A stretch of 64,000 nucleotides of DNA from Squalus acanthias (lineage: Eukaryota): positions 138,262,001-138,326,000 of the forward strand of contig CM059432.1 of the NCBI GenBank assembly GCA_030390025.1, in the 5' to 3' direction. Positions 37,646 through 51,420 of this stretch are shown piece by piece (position 1 is the stretch's first letter; each line of letters opens with the position of its first letter). Under the pieces are notes generated by a model, which had not been told where the DNA came from, ran no database searches, and saw nothing but the letters and a program-made list of their open reading frames with translations. Both the position numbers and the translations under genes were made by a program.

Positions 37646-38487
37646 GGGCTGAATTTTAATGGGGAAGGTGGATTGGGAGCGGGGAGACTCCGAAGTGGTC
37701 GGGTAACTCGGGACAATGGGTTTCCCGTAGGCCCTGCCGAATTTAACGGCAAGGCCTGATTTGCATTGAGAAGCCTCTGTTTCCCACCTGCAGCCAGCCA
37801 GATAGAGAGGCTGGCTAGCTCCGGGCGGGTAGGCCTGCGACACTAGGCCGCAGAGAGGAGGAAGGAGGGATCACGTGGGGACTGGGGAGCGGCTGGAGGA
37901 GCAGGGGAGAGGGGAGGCAGAGACCACAGACCAGGAGGAGTACGGGGGGGGGTGGGGGGTGGCGGGTCTGAAGAGATCAGGGGCCGGGACCAGCACTGGG
38001 TGGGTCAGAGGAGCAGGGGTGGGGTGTCAGCAAAGATCAGCGGCCAGAGGTGCAGGGGGAGGAGGCAGGCGACATCGGCGGGCTAGAGGAGCATGGGATG
38101 GGCAGGCCTCGAGGGGAGGTCTCAGATTGCGGGTTGTGGGTTAGGCAGGGACCTTGGATTCAGGACGTAAGTGTAAACGCACTTACCTCCTGGATCGAGC
38201 AGTCCTCACCTTCCATTAGCTGGCGGGTTTCACGAGGCCTGCAAAACCCAACCAGCTAATGTTAAATTCAAAAAGGAGGTTAAAGCAGAGGCTTCCAGCC
38301 TCATTATAATGTTTAAATAGACGACCCACCTCCTGGCAGCTGATTGGCTGCCCGGCCTCTGTCCCGCCTCCGTTGAAACTGGAAGTGGGCGAGTTGGAGG
38401 CGGGTTCAGGTCGGGATTCAGTTCTTTAACATTTTAACTACCCTCACACCCCCAACCCACCTTTTTTTTTAGGTTAACATTCCCTCC
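37646..38487. mobile_element. Harbinger-type MITE inserted in a CR1 3' UTR (37368-38530)
   Basis: TSD AAT (37643-37645, 38488-38490); removing the element restores CACAATGGGCCGAATGG. Imperfect TIRs GGGCTGAATTTTAA / TTAACATTCCCTCC. Confidence 0.8.
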
Positions 38488-39029
38488 AATGGGCCGAATG
38501 GCCTCCTTCTGTACTGTACTATTCTATGATGCTGCTGTTTTTTTCCTTTAAAGCCTAGCAATAAGAATTGATGTCCGCAGTAAATATTATTTTTTAAATC
38601 TTACAAAATTAAGTACAGTCTTGCAATCTTTTTAAAAGTGGAAAAAAAGAGAACAATAAGTTGTAGTTCATATTCAACACGTTCTGAATTGTTACAGAGC
38701 CCCCCTTCCTCCTCTAGCAAATCAAATCTATCTCTTGGTGACACAATGTGCTATCTTACTACATTCAAATAAAACTGAAGGAGATTGAAGTTGAACGTGG
38801 TGATATTTGGTATTAAAGATGAATCTACCACCCGTTACAGGGACCAGTGCAAACTCCACACATCATTAAAATAAAAGTGACAGGAGTCATTTGAGCATGT
38901 TTGTGGCATCGAAGACAGCCTACAACCACACCATTTAGGAGTTTGACTTGACATTTGAAAGAACTGCACGGGATATTCTGACATTTATCCACTCACTCGC
39001 TTCAAGGCACAAAGAACAATTCACAGTGA

Positions 39030-42000
39030 CTTAAATATCATTACAGAGTTTATTTAGCCTGTTGTAGCAAAAAAGATCCATAATGGTAGTAACATCTTTA
39101 TGAAACATAAAAAGAGCCATTTTTTGTTTGTTTTTTCAGAGTTGTGCTTGGAAAATCTAAATATATATTTTTATCATACAAATGATTTTTTTCTTTTGTT
39201 TTTTTTTTCGTAAATAAGTGCACCAGTTGTTAAAACGCATCCACCTTCTACACACATCACCCACCACCTTCAGAGGAGCCCATCTGGCTGGCTTAAAAAT
39301 AAAAAAAAAATAGGAGTTGTCCGCTCAACTCCTGTGTAAATTTAAAGTGGATCGAGGGGGCGGCGGGGGAGGGGGTGGGGGGGGGGGGGGGGCCTTACAA
39401 AGCAGTCATTAAGCCAAAGAAGCAAGGACACACTGTGCAATCGCTAATATCGGTCGGACAAACGGAACGAGATGCAGAAAAAAGTTTTCCACGGAAAATC
39501 TTACCCCCCTATTTTCGCTGTTTTTTTTCCCCTTTCTTTATTTTTAAGCGATTGGGGGGTATGGGGGGTGGTGTGTGGGGGGGGGGTCAAAGGGACATCT
39601 CTGGCACGGAACCACAAGAAGGACTTCATGTAACGGAAAACAATGGACGAGAGTAAAGTGTAGAGCCATCAAATGGGAGAGCTAGAGAAACAAACAGCAA
39701 AACAAAAGGGATCCCAGCAAACACAATAGAATCTACAATCAATGTTTTAAGTTATCACATGTTTGAATATATTACATATATACAGTCTTCCCAGAAAGGT
39801 GGCAGTGCAACACTAAAATTCCTCGACTTTAAAAAAAAGATCAAGTAATGAAACACATATTGTACCTGAATCTATGTACAGCAGATACTGTCGTGTCTTG
39901 ATATTGACTGTACTTGGAATGTAAATATACAACATGCCTTCATAGGGGAAAAAAAATGGGACTCACTGCCACATATTGAGACTTAAAATGAAAACAGATC
40001 AATTCAAAGCAAATAAATTGCAACCGTCAAGCAGTGACTTGCTTAGTCCCAAAGCAAGTGACTGAAAAACCCAAAACATAACACAAGAGTAGCCACTTAT
40101 TTTCCTCACTGAGAAATATTCTGCAGATATACCATGGCGTTGTTAATCATCCGCGTCACAGAATGATGTCATTTGATCTTGGAAAAATGTCACATTATTA
40201 CTTTTTTTTTTCCTGTAGGATGTGTCAGGACTGCTCCAAGAACCTATTAAACTCGGTTAACACATTAAATTCTTTCAGTCCCGGTTCTGACATTCTTTTA
40301 ATATAAACGGCAGCCCAGCCGGTTGTAATATCGAAGAGATATTGGTCATGTCAAAGAGCAGACCCGTGACTGAGTCCCGTTCTGCTGGCCACCACTTGAG
40401 TTATCACACGCGTGACATTGGGAATGCTAGATGCCTGGAACCCGGGGGCAGATAAACTAGTTTGCCTCTTTGAGTCATCCGATTAAACAGACAGATAATG
40501 AAATGAGTTTATACTTGTGTTAAAAAAAAAGAGCATCGACTCGAAAGAAAAATGAGTCAGGCTTACAATTTTGATTCAATTACGATGATGTACAGAGAGG
40601 GTTTTAATTGTCACCTTCCCCCTTTCCCGTACGACTCCTGCCAGTTGCTGCTATTATTGCTACCTGCCTATCCTCGCTGAAACCTTTGATGGATAGACGT
40701 ATGCGGGCACACAAAAGAACCTATTTGGACTGGTGTGTCAGCTCATCTTTATCAAGTGTTGTACAGGTATATTTTGCTGCCATGCTTCATTACCCCAGAA
40801 TGGCACGCCTGAAATGTTTGACGGTTTTGCCGTCTTCCCTTTCTACTACAAGCCTGTGTACATTGTTAGGGAGCCTTCTTCCTGCGTGAGTTATGAAGAA
40901 ACATCGACCAATTGCTATTGCGTTCAGCAAGAGGATGAATCGACACCTTGGAGGGAAACCATAGATATTATTTTCCCAGTTTAGCTCCGGGCAGGTGAAC
41001 GGTGTTAATGAGGTACCACCTACCTTACTGTTGACAGAAAACTGTCATTGCTCAGACGTAGCCCTCCTATTGACTGGAGCCTATGCAGAACCTACCCTGG
41101 GGTCCCAACACACACTTTTTTTTTCAATTTTATTTTTTGGTTGGACCTGATGTGTTGACCCTGAGTGGCCCGAGCCAACCTATTGAGTGTCATTCTGCTA
41201 CAATTTACTTTTGGAATACCCAATAACATCATCATTCAGAAGGGCATTAATAATTCGACATTCGCAAACCTTTGTGTTTTTATAAGTCACCAGAATCAGC
41301 GTATCTCGGATCAACAAGGCACTCATTTTAATGTCCATGTCGTCTGATCAACAAGTTTAACATATCTTTCTGTGTGGAAAATCACACGCCAACAGTTTTG
41401 TCAGGTCTTTCGTCATAGATGCTGAGTGGCGGGTGTACAATAGTTATATCCAGATACAGCCAGTGAGTCGGTCTCAGTGTAGGCGTGGCATGCACTATAC
41501 CAGTCCTGGACTGGCACCACAGGGCTGGAAGCTAACACGCCACTTTGTCAGTGTGTCTGTAGCCATGCCAACTCAGAGGTCCTGTCATCCCCGCCCCATA
41601 CCCCCCCCCTTCCTTTTTAATCCCCCCTCCCCCCCCCAAAAAAAATATGCATTATTCATACACTTGGCACCATAAATCATCAATTGCGTTGGTCTTGCAT
41701 GTCTTAGCACGGCGCAAGATCGATGACTTGACGGAGCACAGTGCTGAACATGAAATGGATTGGAGCAGGACAGAGCAGCACATCTCAGGAGCAATCAAAA
41801 ATCCAAATGTACATTGTGTGACGATGCATTGGAACCCATAACCCCCGCCCACCCCCACCCCCACCCCACCCCAAACACAATCTGCTGCTTCTATATTGTA
41901 AATTGTCTGTTATGGTGAAACATGGGCAGCTCCCCCCGGCACTGTAATGAACAACATCGTTATGTGGAATTGCCCCATATTCTAATAAAGTAGGTATGCC

Positions 42001-43005
42001 GAGTGTCCATTTTGACAGTAGACCGGACGGGTATCCCTCGTTGTTGAAGAGGTGGGGTGGGGTGGGTGGGTGCAGGGAGAAAAAACAGCCAGTGTTGTCC
42101 AGTTGCTCGGATATCTTATGATAACAAAATAAAAAACATCTCAAGCAGTTCTCCTGCTGACATTCAGGAGTCTATTAATCCACTGCTTACAGTACCAGGG
42201 GTATTTGTTTTTTTTAAAGAGTCAACGCAGTGGTCTAAGAGCGGTTTCAGTCATGTTGCTCTATCAATACCTATCTTCAGCAGTGAAGAATGACAGTCTT
42301 TCCACGGTGCTTTGAAGGCAGTCAGTCCCTTGTACAGAACAGCCTTGTTGTTGTGGGGGTTTTTTTTTGTATCGTTTGGTGGGTGCGTCGGGATCGCAGC
42401 CGGGTGCAAGGAATCCAGAGCGTACGCGGGTCACACAGAGCGTGTCCTTTCCTCCCTTGTGCCAATCTCTCTCTCTCACTTCTGATCAGGCCAGCAGCCG
42501 CCGCTGTAACTCATCAAATATTTTGCATGTCCACACAGCGGAGCAGCCCGCTCGCCAGCAATGAATGGATCAGTTAGGCGTTTCTTGGTTGGGGTGGGGG
42601 GGTGTGGGGGGAAACTTCAGGACGAAGGCTTGGGAAAAATTTGTCTTCCTCTCTTTTCTCCCTCTCCACCACCCGCCCCCCTACCCCTTTGATGGTGAAA
42701 AATCCATCAAATTAACACATCAGTGTACTTGAATGTAATCTCTAGGGTTCAGTGCCGTGCTTTCTATCTGCTCACACAGGAGGGCAGCGTGATTTATCAA
42801 TGCAAACCTAATAGCATCAATATGAATCTAACTAAAAATCAATATTTCATTACCAAATTGTTAGTGAGAATGAAGAAGAATTGCAGGAGTCGGAGCATTC
42901 TCTAGGGTAGGAGCATCTGGAGTTCAATGTGACAGAAAGAGTGATGCATGACTGGGGGGCCGAGCAGAGGACATAAGGAGGACAGGCCACAATGTGGGCA
43001 AAATC
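39030..43005 (-). other. Long 3' UTR (~4 kb) of the minus-strand host gene
   Basis: TE-free unique sequence downstream of the stop at 43006-43008; minus-strand AATAAA at 39049-39054 followed by a GU-rich element. Confidence 0.6.
39049..39054 (-). promoter_or_regulatory. Polyadenylation signal AATAAA
   Basis: TTTATT on plus; the downstream minus sequence TGTGAATTGTTCTTTGTG is GU/U-rich. Confidence 0.55.
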
Positions 43006-43033
43006 TCAAGAAAGCTCTTCTCGCTTCTTCTCT
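43006..43033 (-). CDS. Last coding exon of an unidentified gene (x-EKKREELS*)
   Basis: Strong acceptor TTCTTTTTTTTATTTTTCTTTACACAG; the phase-2 reading gives EKKREELS-stop and matches the phase of exon 47850-47776. Confidence 0.55.
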
Positions 43034-43799
43034 CTGTGTAAAGAAAAATAAAAAAAAGAATCAAAAGGAGGAAAACGTCAAGCCTCGCACACAAAGAACT
43101 GAATCATAGAGAAGGAATAAATATCCAAGACTCCAACTTTCAAAGTTTCTATTTTTTTTTAAAAACCTGGCGAGGCAGTCCCCAGGTGCAAGTATTAAAT
43201 CGAGTAACTTGTGTTTCCAACAGTCGCTCAGTCATAGTTTGTGTCTGAATTAAGTGCTTATAATTTTATATCGTGGACCATGCATTTCCAGAAGACTGTA
43301 TTGTCATACACTTATCTAACTAAAGGTAAGAATGCAGCTCCTCCAATCTTTTTTTTACACTGCAGAGCACAGTATATCCAGAGGACTAGAATACAAAGGG
43401 GTAGAATTATGCTACAGCTATAAAAGGCGGTTATATGGAGTTGGGTCGCTTATCAACCATGATCTCATTGAATGGTGGAACAGGCTCGAGGGGCTAAATG
43501 GCCCACTCCTGTTCCTATCTTCCTATGTTTTTCATGGGTAGTGTGATACAAATTGCCTGCTGTCACTTGACATGCACACAAATCAATCAGTTTGTGCAAA
43601 AGTACCATTTTTAAAAGGTGATTTTCTTCTCTCTTTACCTCTCTGCATGTTGAGCACCACTCCCTGACCAAGTGGCAAATTACTCTTGAATCTCGGCCAA
43701 TTCTACTTTTCTGACTGCCTACTAAGTAACATGCAAGAGCAGCCAGTAGTGAGCTCCCCTCCAAACTTGACCCCCACCCTGTCGGCTCTACTTGCAGCT

Positions 43800-44160
43800 A
43801 GCTGTCAGCCGTGGTGCAGTGGGCAGCGCTCTGAGTTAGAAGGTCGTGGGTTCAAGTCCCACCCCAGAGACTTGAGCACAAAATCTAGGCTGACACTTCA
43901 GTGCAGTAGTGAAGGAGCGCTGCACTGTCGGAGGTGCCGTCTTTTGGAGGAGACATTGAACCGAGGCCCTGTCTGTCTTCTCGGGTGGATGTAAAAGATC
44001 CCATGGCACTATTTTGAAGAAGAACAGGGGAGTTCTCCCCAGTGTCCTGGCCAATAATTGCTGTATATGGGAGCTTGCTGTCTATGGCTGCCACATTTCC
44101 TACATTACAACAGTAACTACACTTCAAAAAGTACTTCATTGATTGTAAACCACTTTGTAA
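43800..44160 (+). mobile_element. Deu-domain SINE
   Basis: tRNA-like head (GGGTTCAAGTCCC) and Deu core GGAGGTGCCGTCTTTTGG. Confidence 0.85.
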
Positions 44161-44779
44161 CACCTACATTGAAGAATAGTGGGCTGAGCGCTCACATCCT
44201 AGCACTCTTTGGTATAGCTTATACGAACAGTGTTGGATTACCAAGCCTTTGCCTTTGGCAAAACGCTTATGTTAAACGTTCTACAGGAAAATGAGAAGAG
44301 ACAACACAAACAGATAAGCTGCAGTAACTCTTATCTAACAATCTACAGCACACTTTAGGTCATTTTTATTTAATTCAACATCAACCAATCCATCAACGTT
44401 GTCTACTCCAATTGATTGATGAGGGAGCCCATCAGTAACTAGATTACTGGTAATAAACTTTGAATTACAATGAAATAATTTCAGATCTCTTTTTCAAAGT
44501 ATAACATTCCCAACACCGCCCCCCCAACCACCCGCCCCCCACCCCTGCACCCGAAGAATACTATAAAAGTTAAATGTTAGCAAAATAGCAGGGGTATTGA
44601 TTATTTCTTATATCTCCTTAATATTTTTAAAGGGGTATTGTATTTACAAATAAAGTGATTGTCAAATCCTTTTCTCTTGCAATGAGGCAAATTGTATCAA
44701 ATTGCTTAGTTGCTTTGCAAGAACTTCACGTTGTTCGACTGTGGTGTTATTTAAGTCAACTGTACTGCTGTTCTCCCTC

Positions 44780-45575
44780 TTTTTGGATGGGACATTAAAT
44801 CCAGGCCCTGTCTACTCTCTTAGGTGGACGTAAAAGATCCCATGGCACTATTCAATGGAAGAGTAGGGAAGTTCTCTTCAGTGTCCTGGCCAATAATTTA
44901 TCACTCAACCATCAGAACTAAAAGAGATTATTTGTTCATTATTACATTGCTGTTTGCGGGAGCTTGCTGTGCACAAATTGGCTGCCACATTTCCTACATC
45001 CCAGCATCGAAGCTTTGACTACGCTCAATCAGCTCCGATGGACGGGTCACATTGTCCGCATGCCCGATATGAGACTCCCAAAACAAGCGCTCTACTCGGA
45101 GCTCCGGCACGGCAAGAGAGCCCCAGGTGGGCAGAGGAAACGCTTCAAGGGCACCCTCAAAGTCTCCTTGAAAAAGTGTAACATCCCCACCGACACCTGG
45201 GAATCTCTGGCCCAAGACCGCACAAAGTGGAGGAGAAGCATCCGGGAAGGCGCCGAACACCTCGAGTCTCTTCGCCGGGAGCAAGCGGAAGCCAAGCGCA
45301 GGCAGCGCAAGGAGCGCACGTCAACCCAAGCACCCCACCCACCCGCCCCTTCAACCACCGTCTGCCCCACCTGTGACAGAGACTGTAGGTCCCGCATTGG
45401 ACTCATCAGTCACCTGAGAACTCATTTTTAATGTGGAAGCAAGTCATCCTCGGTTCCGAGGGACTGCCTGAGAAGAGACAACAGTGACTGCACATCAAAA
45501 AAAAGTACCTCATTGGCTGTAAAGCGCTTTGGGACGTCCGGAGGTTGTGAAAGGCGCTATATAAATGCAAGGCTT
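44780..45575 (+). mobile_element. Deu-domain SINE split by an RTE insertion
   Basis: CATTTCCTACAT | insert | ACAACAGTGACTGCAC restores the SINE body. Confidence 0.8.
45000..45478 (+). mobile_element. RTE-clade LINE 3' fragment
   Basis: QLRWTGHIVRMPD.RLPKQALYSEL..GKR..GGQRKRFK...DRTKWR and a C-terminal CPTC..SRIGLISHLRTH zinc finger. Confidence 0.92.
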
Positions 45576-47775
45576 TCTCACTCTTGCTCTCTCACTCTCT
45601 ATCTCTCCCTCCCTCCCTCCTTATCCACCATCACCAAGAAACTGTCTTATAGGAGGCTGGTAAGAGAGGTGAAGGCATTGTTGGGTAGCAATGATCCATT
45701 GGAGAACCATGGAGAATTAAAGCGGTAGTTTGTGGGAGTAGGAGGATTGATAGGAGGCTACGTAAGGAGAGGGTGATGGCATCGGTTTTAAAGAGGTGGG
45801 GAACATACCTGAAGGGAAGAGGTTGATATTGTTAGCGAGCATGAATCCAAGAATGGGAAGTTCGAGTGGTTGCAATCTGGGTCGGAAGTGGATCCAGAGT
45901 GGACTTTATAGAGGAAATAAAGCTTAACAAGGCTGGGGGGTGGTGAGATTTTGAAGAAACAGTAGCATGCAGGAGGATGGGGCCAGTTTGGGAGAGGGGT
46001 TAGGAGGGCAGTGGTAGGCTGGGCACTACCAGGGCAGAGGTGGCCGAGGATATGGCTTTGACTTTGAAAGCAAGCAAGTCCAGGATTTCCGCACATCTCG
46101 AGTCAGAGAAGAGCATGGATGGAGAAAGTGGAGCGGGGGGGTGGGAAACAGAGGATTTTGCTGGAGGCAGTTAATGGTAGCAAAGAGGAGATTATCATTG
46201 CTTTTGCCCTCCAGAATGACCCTGGAATAAAAAGCGGATTTTACCAGGAACCTGCCTTTTTAAAAACTCACAACATCTACAAAAAATATGGAGGATATGC
46301 AATGCACAATAGTAGTATATTAATTTCATTCCACAAGATGGGAGTTCTGTATAATCTGGCACTCATGAGATAAGTATGAATAATGCACAAAAAGTGCAGG
46401 AAATATGTATTAACCATTAAAGTGCTTGTCTCAGCACTTAACATGTTGAGCTCAGGGAAATTCCACTGGCTCAGCACAATAAGGGCTTTAAAGCAAACAG
46501 TTCGCTCATTTTTACCTTAATCTTGAATGTCACAAAAATATTACAGTTCATTGCTGGTTAATAACCATTAATATGTCATCAACAAGTTATGGCTCCATCA
46601 TTAATACACTACACCGTGTTTTAGTAACTTATAGTACAGGACAGTAGCGATTATACTAATTCCAGCATCCATTACAACACCAGCATAGCATAGTTTGATT
46701 GACGATGAGTTAGGATACTGGGAATGCAGAATACTCATCAATAATAAGCCTTTTGCAGGATCGCCTTCTCCAGAGAGTATAATCTCTTTCTCAATGGACT
46801 GATCATCGTGTAAACTTATTTGTGCGCTATTTTAATGCGGCCATTAATTAATTTTGTATCTATCCATTACCAGCACACTACCTGAGGAAATTAAACCCCA
46901 TCTAAACTATCAAGTCAACTAGGCACTCTCGAATAACTCCAAAAAATAGACCTAGTTGATCAAAAATATACAAACTCAGATCCACAGTTATTCAGTACTT
47001 ATAATCACAACCCACACTATTCTTGCCAAGCCAAGTAGCAAAGAAAGAACAGATTACTTCAATCGCAGCAAATGTATATATATATATTTCTAGTGCAGAG
47101 GAGATTTACTAGAATGGTACCAGGGATGAGGGACTTCAGTTATGTGGAGAGACTGGAGAAGCTGGAGTTGTTTTCTTTAGAACTGAGAAGGTTAAGGAGA
47201 GATTAAATAGAGGTGCTCGAAATCATGAAGGGTTTTGATAGGGTAGTTCGCCACTAAAGGGTATCAAGAGAGACATAGAAACAATATATTTGATGTTATA
47301 TACAAAAATATATGGGACCCCACATCCATCCCACAATACTTTGCAACATGCACCATTGTGTTTGACGGCAACTGAATTGTACTACAAGGTAGAGTCTACA
47401 ATTGTAATGTTAATGGTTAGATATGTTAAATTTAATTTAAAAGACCCATTACATATAGACCTCTTAATTGCTGGAAGAACTGTATGAGTTACATTTAAAG
47501 ATATTTTCCCTTAAATACTACTTTATAAAAGGCAACCTCTCACACACTTTCTTGAGTGCATGATAACTTTTATTAACACCAGTGCCTACTTCAATATAGC
47601 CTTATGTTGAGCGAAATAGGCTTTGTCTGCAGTACAACACATGGAAGGGAAATATGAACCCCCCACCCCCACCCACCCCCCGCCCTGTCCCCCAGCATTT
47701 GTGAAAATGTGCATTAAACAACAATGTGTTAATTTATAATTTTCACATTTTGGCAAGTGGCTAAAAAAAACTCAC

Positions 47776-47850
47776 TGCAATCTGAAGAAGTCATTACTGT
47801 TAGTGAACATCACCAGCAACAGCACCATTATTACACTAACAGACAATGTT
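47776..47850 (-). CDS. 75-nt symmetric (phase 2-2) cassette exon encoding a hydrophobic segment (x-TLSVSVIMVLLLVMFTNSNDFFRL-Q)
   Basis: Acceptor TGTTCTGTATGTTTGTTAATGAACAG, consensus donor GCA|GTGAGT, only one open frame, and TE-poor surroundings. Confidence 0.5.
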
Positions 47851-49902
47851 CTGTTCATTAACAAACATACAGAACACAGAGGGATGACTTTGTAATTGAG
47901 TGAGACTAATAAGAATACATCATTTAGCTGTGTGACAAATTGTGCTTGAGACCCCAACACAGGAAATTCGCATTTTGTCTTAATAAATAAATTACATGGG
48001 CTATGTATTATACATAATTTGAATCCTTGAGGACTTGGGGGTGATATATAATGCAGAGGATCAGTCATTTATTTATCAAGACTAACTATGAATCTTCCTA
48101 TGTTTAGGTGCAATGATTTGCAGCACGTGTTGCAATTTCTGATTGAAAGCATAAAGGGTATTTTTTTATTTTTTACTTGATAAACTCGAAATACAATCAT
48201 CCGAAAGTACCATCATTTAGTCATGAGTTCAGTTCCATTTCCCACTTAACACAGTGACAATCAAAGCCAGACAGACAATAATGTTATTGTAATGGGTTAC
48301 AGGGCAGTGCAAGAGCAATGCGTAATGCATCAGTGGATGAAAAACTTTCTACGAGTTCCACACCCCATGCTGTTGTGTATAATTATTAGCTCAGCTTGAA
48401 CATACTTAGTGTGGATTAACGAACATTTCAATTATAATTATATATAAAAGTAGAGGGACCCAAAGTAAGATTCACTTTGGGTGTGCAGTTTTCAAATCGT
48501 TCCTTCATTATAACATCTGAAAATATGTAAACCGTTTCTTCCAATTTACAGATTTTTTTTTTCCCTGACACTTTGGATTACATCTTAAGTTTGCTTTTAA
48601 TTAAGAAGTATGTAGAGCTGTGAAAAAAATGAAAATCACAAGAGCAAAAATCCCTGGTGTTTTATGCCAACAGCAGATGTTTGTTAACAGGCAAACTCTG
48701 TACCACTTGGGGATATAAGGGAGTGTTGACAGATTTAAGTTCATGGGACTAGAACTACTGAAATTCAAGAGTGTAACCTAAAGATTTCAACAGAGCATGG
48801 TTCTCACATTAATAGAACTAGACTTAAGTTTCACCCACCAAATATCCTGTTACAAGTCGTTACTTGTCTTCCAGGTTTTTTTTTGGTTCCAAATTTAATA
48901 CCAGCCACCTAATAAAGTTTCATTAAACAAGTGTCCACAATGCAGCTGACAGCACTCTTAAGAAGTCAACATTTAATGAAAAGCCTCTTTGGGTATGTTG
49001 AGGTTGGGGCCATGTTTTGAGATTTTCCTAACTGAAACGAAGGTAATGTCCACAATAGTCTATTTTTGCCTGTACTCCCCTCCCCCCTCACCCCTCCCCC
49101 AACAACGGAAATTGTTAACAAAGGAGGTTGTGGACATCATTCAAAGAGCTAGTAAAACACCATGAGGCGAAAGTACATACAGACATGCAAATGTCATTCT
49201 AAATTGAAGGGGCCCTCTTTATTTATGAGGTGCGAGTACAAATGAGTTATTGCGCTTTTTATGGGTGCAAAATACATTTGTGCCTGGACGCCATTTTTAA
49301 ATGCACATATTTTGTAGATGTGCCAAGTGGTCAGCCATTTTTAGCTGGCCAAAATGTAATGCCATATTTAGAGGGTACGGTTAGTAATCCTGCAAACACA
49401 GGGTGCCTTTAAGGAGAAGCTAGATGAGGGAGCGCATGAGGGAGAGAAGAATAGAAGGCTAGGCTGACAGGGTTAGATGAAGTAGGGTAGGAGGAGGCAC
49501 AAACACTGGCATAGACCTGTTGGATTAAATGGCCTGTTTCTGCGCTGTAAATTCAGGCCAGCGAGCGCAGGGGCGATGGGGGGAATGGGACTGGGTGCGA
49601 GTTAGGATGCGGGCAGCACGGTTTTGGATGAGCTCAAGTTTACGGAGGAAGGTAGGTGGGAGGCCAGCCGCGAAAGCATTAAAAGTCCCAAAATATGTCC
49701 AAGTTACTGAGGTGCAAAGCCTCTGCTCAAATGCAGCACATCACAGACTCCAGACTCCATCAGACTGATTATATTAATTTTCTCAATAGACAAGCTAAGA
49801 ATCAGAAGATGAATTCCTGATCAAGTTTGATGAAAATTCCGAAATAATTTTAACATCACTGAGGCAACACATCTGGCAGATGTGAGAATGGGCAGATATG
49901 GT

Positions 49903-50636
49903 GGGCTCGATTTTGTCATGGGGCGGGCTGGGGTCGTGTCATCCGCTTTTCGTGTTAGCCACCCGACTCCAATTGGATGTGGGAGAATTATTCGATTTTC
50001 CCCTAATTGGGCAATTGAGTTCCAGCATGTGGGAACCCATGACCCAATTAGTTTTTTCAGTCTGAAAGTCGCCTCTGATGATGTCATCATTGCTGCTGCA
50101 TTTAAGGTCTGCAAAGACTGGGAAGCTTTTGGCCTTTGCTGTGAAAGGGACCTGGAGGCAAAATGAGCAGCAGGAGACCTAAGTATGCTCCCAGAATTTT
50201 TTACTACCGCCACCACTACTACTACTACTCCAGGCTCCAAAGTTCCACAACAATGGTAATGACTGCTAAAAGTTCCCCCAGAATGATGATTGATCAAATC
50301 TCCTTCTTAATGGTGGACCTGCAGCTGATAGTCAGCAATCCAAGTGTGCTACCGCCAGGTTTCACCGTCGTGTTTCAGAGGAGGCGTGCATCATGTCAGA
50401 AAAGTGTTAAAATCAGAAAGGCCTCTCAAAATGGGATTATAGAGGCAATTAAGTGGTTGTTAAGGACCTATCCCGCCTCTTGGAGGCGGGACGGAGACGG
50501 GATCAGAAACCGCGCATTTGGGAAAATTGCTCGGAGGCGGGATGGAGGTGGGGTCGGGCCCACCCGCCATTTTTTGCAATTTTAACACCCCACACACCTC
50601 CATTCCCGCCTCCTCGGGCCTGACAAAATCGAGCCC
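49903..50636. mobile_element. Non-autonomous Harbinger deletion derivative (734 bp)
   Basis: Perfect 16-bp TIRs GGGCTCGATTTTGTCA / TGACAAAATCGAGCCC; TSD GGT. The left arm is homologous to 50982-51300, including a Myb start remnant MSSRRPKYAPR. Confidence 0.9.
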
Positions 50637-51266
50637 GGTGTATTCACATTGTGCTCACTTTCAGTATTTGTGGAGGGAAGACTACAAAGTTAGCTGAAAT
50701 TCTGGTAAATTATTTTTACGTTTATTGAGGTGAACAAGTTAATGTTCATTGACATAATGACAATCGAAACTGTCCTAAAATTGGCTAAAGAAAAGAAAGA
50801 CTTGCATATATGCAGCATCTTTCACAACTTCAGGATGTCCCAAAGCACTTTACAGCCATGAAGTAGTGGCAGCCAATTTGCGCACAGCAAGCTCCCACAA
50901 ACAGCAATGAGTTAATGATCTATTACATCCGCCTGAGAGAGCAGACGGGACCTCGGTTTAACGTCTCATTTGAAAGACAGCGGGCTTGATTTTGCCATTG
51001 GTGGCGGGTTGGGTGCGGGTCAGGTGGTCGGCGGGTCCCAATCCCGCCTCCGCTGTTGGGCAGGATAAAATTGCGATTTTGCCCTAATCGGGCAATTGAT
51101 TCCCTGCGTGTGCACCCCCCTGGCCCAATTAGTCTTTTGGGTCTGAAACTCGCCTCTGCTGACGTCATTTCTCCAGCTGCATTTAAGTCCTCCAAGTAGC
51201 ATTGCTTCATTTTGTGCCTATGTTCTTCCAGAGTGACAACTGCTTAAAGTGTGTGCTACTGCTGAA

Positions 51267-51420
51267 ATGTCGAGCTCAAGGGCCAAGGCCTCACCACGTT
51301 TCGATGATGACTCCCTCCATGCTCTGGTGGAGGGAGCCAGAGTTCAAAAGGAGGTGCTCTTTCCTTCCTCTGGGAGGAAAAAACCTCCCCAGCAAACCAA
51401 AGCTGTGTGGCTGCAACTGG
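51267..51420 (+). pseudogene. Harbinger Myb/SANT-like DNA-binding gene, N-terminal remnant
   Basis: [33 protein letters not shown]...KAVWLQL, then fused to the transposase tail. Confidence 0.75.
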
